Positions 60,182 to 64,000 of a DNA stretch of 64,000 bases are shown in pieces. The number at the start of each line of letters is the position of its first letter. Position 1 is the first letter of the stretch. The stretch is from positions 2,976,001-3,040,000 of the forward strand of contig OZ245033.1 in NCBI GenBank assembly GCA_965224025.1, written 5' to 3'. The translations under genes were made by a program, and so were the position numbers. The stretch comes from Candidatus Multivorans sp. Its GTDB lineage: Bacteria > Acidobacteriota > Thermoanaerobaculia > Multivoradales > Multivoraceae. Below the pieces are notes generated by a model, which had not been told where the DNA came from, made no database searches, and was given only the letters and a program-made list of their open reading frames with translations.

Positions 60182-62578
60182 ATGGGCTGGACTGGACGCG
60201 TGGCGTCGCGTGTTGGGGTGGGGTGCGTGTTGGTGTTGGGCGGAACGGGAGTCGGCTTCGGGCAGATCCTGATCAACGAGATCATGTACGACCCGAGCGT
60301 GTCGGGCGACGTCAACGCCGAGTGGTTCGAGCTCAACAACTCCGGCACTGACCGCGTCGACATCCACGGCTGGAAGATCAAGGACGATAGGACGACGGAG
60401 GAGACACACACGATCAGCACCACCGAGGGGGAGCTGTGGATCGCGTCGAAGGGGTTCCTCGTTCTAGGCCGCAACTCGGACAAGTCGCAGAACGCCGGCG
60501 TGACCGTTGACTACGTCTATTCGACCGTGAGTCTCAGCAACAGCACCGACGGCCTGATCCTGACGAACCGCGACGACGAGCTGCAGGACACGGTCGTCTG
60601 GGGCAGGGCGAACAGCTTTCCGGATCCCTCGAACAGCGCCTCCATCGCGCTCAAGGGGGCGGCGGGCACTCCGGGCGTTGATCCGTTGGGCAACACTCTG
60701 AACAACAACATGGGCTCGAACTGGTGCATCTCGACGAAGCCGATCCAGGGGGGTGTCGACGCCGGCACGCCCGGTGGGGAGAACAGCGACTGCCTGATCA
60801 CTCCGGCATACACCTGAGAGATCTGGGGTATCCAGGGCAGCGGCGCCGTGTCGCCTCACGTCAGAGCGGTGTCGGTGACGACGAACGACAACATCGTCAC
60901 CGCGGTCGAGGCCGGCGGCTTCTTCATGCAGACGCCCGCCAGCCGCAGCGACAACGACCCGGACACGTCGGACGGCATCTTCGTGGCGCACTCCGGTTCG
61001 CCGACGGTCGCCGTCGGCGACCAGGTCGACGTGAGCGGCACGCTGGAGGAGTACTTCGGCTTTACCCGGTTCGCCTCCGGGGCCACGGTCACGCTCGACG
61101 CGAGCAACCAGCCGTTGCCGGCTTTCGTGGAGTTCGATGCGAGCCGTCCGGCGGTGAATCCCGCCCGGGCGAACTGCGCCATGGAGCCGGAGTGCTACGA
61201 GGGCATGCGGATTCGGATCGCAAGCGGCACGGTGTTGAGCGGCAGCCAGTACTTCAATTCCGACTATACCGCCGAGATGTACATCAGGCCCGGGTCCGGG
61301 CGGGCCTTTCGCGATCCGGGCGTCCGCTACCCCCGGCATTGTCAGCCGGCCGGGTATCCCCGTCTGGGACGGGAACCCGGAAGTGCTCAAACTCGGCCCG
61401 GACAAGCTGGGAGAGCCCAACGTGTCGTGGGCGCCGGGCGCGACCTTCTACGCCGACGGGGTGCTCGGTTACGAGTTCGGAAGTTACGAACTGTGGGCGA
61501 CTGAACACCGTCTGCTAGGTGAAGGCATTGTCCTGCCGCAGCCGGTGCGCTTCAAGGTGAGAGGCGAAGTCACGGTGGCGTCCTGCAGGGTCCGGGCGAC
61601 TCGGTGCTGCGCTTGTCCGGGTCCGTGCCGGCGAATACAACATCCACGGTTGTGGACGAACTGGTGCCCAACATTGCGTACAACTTCGCGGTCGAGGCGC
61701 GGAACGGGCCGCTCCTCTCCGGGCGGACGCCGATGTCCACCGCGACCACATGGGGCGACGCGAATCTGCACATCGATGCGGAAGGCCGGATTGTCTCGGA
61801 GGAACTCGTCCGCTACACGGTCAGCGTCCGCAATGCCGGTCCCTACGATGCCTCGACGGTCGTCGTGACCAGTTCTCTGATGGCGGCGGAAGACTCCTTT
61901 GTGATTTCGACATCCGGCTGCGGGGAGGACCCGAGTGGGGTACCGGAGTGTGGCCTGGGCGGCATCGAGGTCGGAGAGTCGGAGTCGTTCACGGTCGACG
62001 TCGAGATCGATGCCGCTGGGCGGAACTCACTCACCTACAGGGGCGCCGTCGGCGACGTTGCGGATCCGAGGCCTCAAGACGACACGGTCGAGATGACCCT
62101 GACTCTTGGTCGGCCTTCGTCGCCGTCCCATGTCGAGGCCACGGTGCTCAGCGAGACGGAGGTCGAACTCCGGTGGCGGGACAACTCGGACAGAGAGACG
62201 GAATTCGGCGTCTTCCTGCAGGGACCGGGCGACTCGAAACTGCGGATGATCGGGACGGTGCCGGCCAACACGACTTCAATGGTCGTCGACGAGCTGGTGC
62301 CGAGCATCACCTACAGCTTCGCGTTGGAAGCTCGGAATGAAGCGCTTCGCTCCGTGCGAACGTCGAAGGCCACGGCGACCACTTGGACGGCCGATGCGGC
62401 TCGGTGCGGCGGAGAGGATTCTCTATGCCTCGGGACCTTCCAGGTGGAGGTCGAGTGGGATGACGGCAAGGGCAGAGTAGGCCGAGGTTTCGCCGAGCGA
62501 CTGACGGCTGAGGCCGGGGACTTCTGGTTCTTCCATCCGGGCCGCTACTCCGGCGTGTACCAGATCGTCTGCCGGTAG
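60182..62578 (+). pseudogene. Decayed secreted multidomain protein: lamin-tail domain, OB-fold (ExeM/NucH-like), FN3, DUF11-like, FN3, truncated C-terminal domain
   Basis: INEIMYDP..EWFEL..GTPG; in-frame TGA 60815-60817; GFFMQ..D..TSDGIFV; frameshift at C5 run 61330-61334; break near 61590; WRDNSDRETEF FN3; CLG.FQVEVEW...GDFWFF. Confidence 0.75.
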
Positions 62579-62683
62579 GGCGCGCCGAGGGCCCGGGCGG
62601 CCGCATGACCGGGGGCCTGGTGGGCTATCGTCGGCCCGTCGAAGGCGGCGGACTCACGCCGCCTGGAACGCGGAGACAGTCGG

Positions 62684-63733
62684 ATGGGTCAAAGCCGGAA
62701 CGCGTTGAAAGCGGTTCAACTGGGTCGGAAGAGCGGACTCCGAGTGTCGGAGTTGTGCCTGGGGACCATGAACTTCGGCGAGCCGGGCCGGGGCCACCAG
62801 GGCGACTGGACCCTGGACATCGATGCCTCGCGCCCGATCTTCCAGGCCGCGGTCGAGCACGGCCTGTTCTACTTCGACTGCGCCGACATCTACGGCATCG
62901 GCGCCTGCGAGCGGGTCGTCGGCTCGCTGCTGCGCGAACTGCTACCGCGCGACGAGTACGTGATCTCGACCAAGGTGTCCATGCCGATGGGACGGTCGCC
63001 GAACCAGGGCGGGCTGTCGCGCAAGCACATCATGGAGGGCGTCGACGGCTGCCTGAAACGTCTCGGCCTCGACTACGTCGACCAGTTGATCATCCACCGT
63101 CACCCGCACGGCATTCCCGGCCAGGTCAAGGCGCCGATCGAGGAGACGATGGAGGCTCTGCACGACGTCGTCAAGGCCGGCAAGGCGCTGTACCTGGGCG
63201 GCTCGTCGATGTACGCGTGGCAGTTCGTCGAGCTGCAGATGACGGCGCGGCACAACGGCTGGACCGAGTTCGTCTCGATGCAGAACCACTACAACCTGGT
63301 GTACCGGGAGGAAGAGCGGGAGATGAACCCCTACTGCGCCCGGACGGGAGTTGCGCTGACGCCGTGGTCGCCGCTGGCGCGCGGCATCCTCACGGGTTCC
63401 TACAGGGGCAGCTTCGATGAGGGGGGCACCGACCGCTCGAAGGGCGGCGACCGGGCGCGCACGGAGGGCCTGTACAGGGGCGCCGCGACCTTCGATATCG
63501 CCGACCGCGTGGTCGAGGTGGCGAAGAAGTACGGCCGCACGCCGGCGCAGGTCTCGCTCGCCTGGTTGGTGAGCAAGCCCGAGGTCTGCGCACCGGTCGT
63601 GGGCGTGTCGAAGGTGGGTCAGCTCGAGCAGCTTGTCCAGGCGACGAAGATCGAGCTGGAAGCGGCCGATGTCGAGTACATGGAGGAGCTGTACCAGCCG
63701 GTGGAGAACCTGCTGGCGCTCGGCCACTCCTGA
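62684..63733 (+). CDS. Aldo/keto reductase
   Basis: VSELCLGTMNFG, FDCADIYG, STKV, QNHYNLVYREEE, PWSPLARG. Confidence 0.93.
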   Translation: MGQSRNALKAVQLGRKSGLRVSELCLGTMNFGEPGRGHQGDWTLDIDASRPIFQAAVEHGLFYFDCADIYGIGACERVVGSLLRELLPRDEYVISTKVSMPMGRSPNQGGLSRKHIMEGVDGCLKRLGLDYVDQLIIHRHPHGIPGQVKAPIEETMEALHDVVKAGKALYLGGSSMYAWQFVELQMTARHNGWTEFVSMQNHYNLVYREEEREMNPYCARTGVALTPWSPLARGILTGSYRGSFDEGGTDRSKGGDRARTEGLYRGAATFDIADRVVEVAKKYGRTPAQVSLAWLVSKPEVCAPVVGVSKVGQLEQLVQATKIELEAADVEYMEELYQPVENLLALGHS

Positions 63734-64000
63734 GGGGGGGGCGGCCGCGCGCCGCACCCGGTGCCGCGACGGCAGCGGGGCGCCCGCCCAGGCGCTATCA
63801 TCGGCACCGGTCTTCGCACTCTGACAGTTGGGGGAACCCCAGTTGCAGCATCGCGCCCTTCCAGGAATTCGCGCGGCAGTGACGATCGCTTGCGCGCTTA
63901 GGCGATGAGGGTGCATGACGGCACGATCTACGAACCACGGGCGTACCTCCGTGAGTTGGAGATCTACAGTGGCCAAAATACGCAGGAAGGAGATGTACGG

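Noticed and set aside
37869-60817. TGA recoding (Trp, Gly or Sec) suggested by two in-frame TGAs
   Set aside because: TGA ends many intact genes here at their expected C-termini; the second case is in a gene with other lesions; the SRAP site is aromatic, not Cys
63790-64000. Gene start at the window edge
   Set aside because: Two short open frames (63905, 63914) run off the end with no recognisable motif

Overview
GC-rich bacterial chromosomal segment. It is most consistent with Acidobacteriota, possibly a Thermoanaerobaculia-like, host- or sponge-associated lineage; this is inferred from gene families, not shown. Intact genes include a three-gene sugar-oxidation-type cluster (PVC-type CxxCH/DUF6807 fusion, Gfo/Idh/MocA oxidoreductase, MFS), class I fumarase, galM, a MacAB-like ABC exporter operon, CusCBA, a quinohemoprotein ADH, DUF3604, yghU, an Mre11/Rad50-like pair, a CRTAC1/ASPIC+TPR pair, an aldo/keto reductase and tRNA-Thr(CGT). 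Accessory content is dense: seven type II toxin-antitoxin loci (two with the toxin destroyed), an IS1634 with a CTAG target duplication splitting a sulfatase, a complete IS110 with a structured left-end ncRNA (bridge RNA), two REP-like palindrome families, a 27-bp inverted-repeat element holding half an attC-like site, and about ten broken or fused genes. Best leads: (1) a Cys/Met-rich, PPP-containing leader ORF whose stop codon abuts an anti-Shine-Dalgarno stem covering the cusC ribosome-binding site, a candidate copper-sensing translational attenuator; (2) the IS110 bridge RNA with readable donor guides; (3) the DUF6807-heme oxidoreductase cluster; (4) chains of mini-ORFs that bridge genes by stop/start overlaps. 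All calls come from reading the sequence and ORF track by eye; no searches or folding programs were run.
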